Source: Paecilomyces variotii
Lineage: Eukaryota
Reading direction: 5' to 3' (one strand)
DNA: 64,000 nt
Assembly (NCBI GenBank): GCA_004022145.1
Contig: RCNU01000020.1
Shown here piece after piece: positions 63,239 to 64,000 of this stretch. Below the pieces are notes generated by a model that did not search any database, was not told the origin of the DNA, and saw nothing but the letters and a program-made list of their open reading frames with translations. Position 1 is the stretch's first letter. Each line of letters begins with the position of its first letter. A program made the translations under genes and the position numbers.

Positions 63239-63547
63239 AGACATAAGTCATATCTAACAGCGTTGTGGGTGAGGTGTTTCCATGGGGACAAGGTGTGGAT
63301 TAGGACTTCGAGCTTGCCTAGGTTAAACAGTGAGTATTATATTCACAGGAAGAACGAAAAAGGAGTCAGCCAATGGTGTCTTGCGTGAGGTTATCTACCT
63401 ATCCATGATATATGAAGTTCTACACGACTAAAGGGACTCTATTTTCTCAATAACTTTGGATACCGCTGAAGATTATATGTGATTTATGTACAGTAAGTGA
63501 CATTTTATACAGAAATGCAAAGTAAAGGATGCTCCTATGCTCGCTTC

Positions 63548-64000
63548 CTACGCATACCGAGTCCTCGCCGCTAGGGGAGAGCTCTGCATGTCCAGCTCCC
63601 CGTAGCTCAGATCAGATGCATCATCTGGATGATCTGCAAGAGTATCATCAATGGGTTGCACGTGCACCATGGGCGAGAAGATTGGGCTGGTAGCGATCCG
63701 TGGCCGGGACTTGAAGACACTGGAGTATTCGGCGTCTTCATCGAACAGTTCATCGCGAGGAGTGGAAGCTCGCGAGATTTCCGGCGGTGGAGAACGAGAC
63801 TTCTTACGGCGCGTTTCAAATTGATTTACTGGATAAGAAGGACGAGGTCGACGAGCAGGTTCCGCCTGAGGTCTGGTATTAGGTGGCGGAAGAAGTGACA
63901 TCGACTTTCGTGTTCGTTCGACAAGAGTTGTAATGTTCGAATGGTTTTCTGCGATGGGTTTCATGTCGGACACTGGGTAAGATTCCGGCTCTGGCTCTGG
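63548..64000 (-). CDS. 3' end of a gene running off the window; resembles the C-terminus of fungal augmin/HAUS6-like proteins
   Basis: TLVERTRKSMS, PVNQFET and TPRDELFDEDAEYSSVFKSRPRIATSP. The family call is from memory only. Confidence 0.6.
   Translation of the reverse strand, partial: PEPEPESYPVSDMKPIAENHSNITTLVERTRKSMSLLPPPNTRPQAEPARRPRPSYPVNQFETRRKKSRSPPPEISRASTPRDELFDEDAEYSSVFKSRPRIATSPIFSPMVHVQPIDDTLADHPDDASDLSYGELDMQSSPLAARTRYA

Noticed and set aside
1..64000. tRNA, rRNA, CRISPR array, intact transposase or Starship captain
   Set aside because: None recognised by eye; tRNAscan-SE, Infernal and RepeatMasker would be needed to exclude them formally.

Overview
This is eukaryotic DNA from a filamentous ascomycete, with Eurotiales (Aspergillus-like) gene content and short GT-AG introns carrying CTRAC branch points. 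I assembled about 20 spliced protein-coding genes by hand. The left ~10.5 kb is accessory-like: a Gly-repeat hypothetical protein, a secreted purple acid phosphatase, a degraded gene relic, an Old Yellow Enzyme paired head-to-head with a regulator-like gene lacking a Zn cluster, and a truncated sugar-transporter pseudogene. The rest is mostly core genes: sdeA/OLE1, uapC (with a perfect UaY site), a MOSC protein, a Rad55-like gene, creA (with a ~9 kb gene-free upstream region), sap30, bro1, divergent mdj1/pim1, an atypical kinase, MOB3/phocein, a COG0523/Zng1 GTPase and a partial HAUS6-like gene. A small accessory island between bro1 and mdj1 encodes a His/Cys-motif protein and an APH-like kinase. 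The best leads are: (1) the OYE-regulator module with clustered CGTCAAT and TTGAC-N3-GTCAA motifs; (2) the AUG-free creA leader that is open in frame, plus a second in-frame AUG; (3) the putative thiol-hydrolase/kinase island; (4) an over-represented TACGGAGTA element. I recognised no tRNA, rRNA, CRISPR array or intact transposase. All family assignments come from motif recognition, not database searches.
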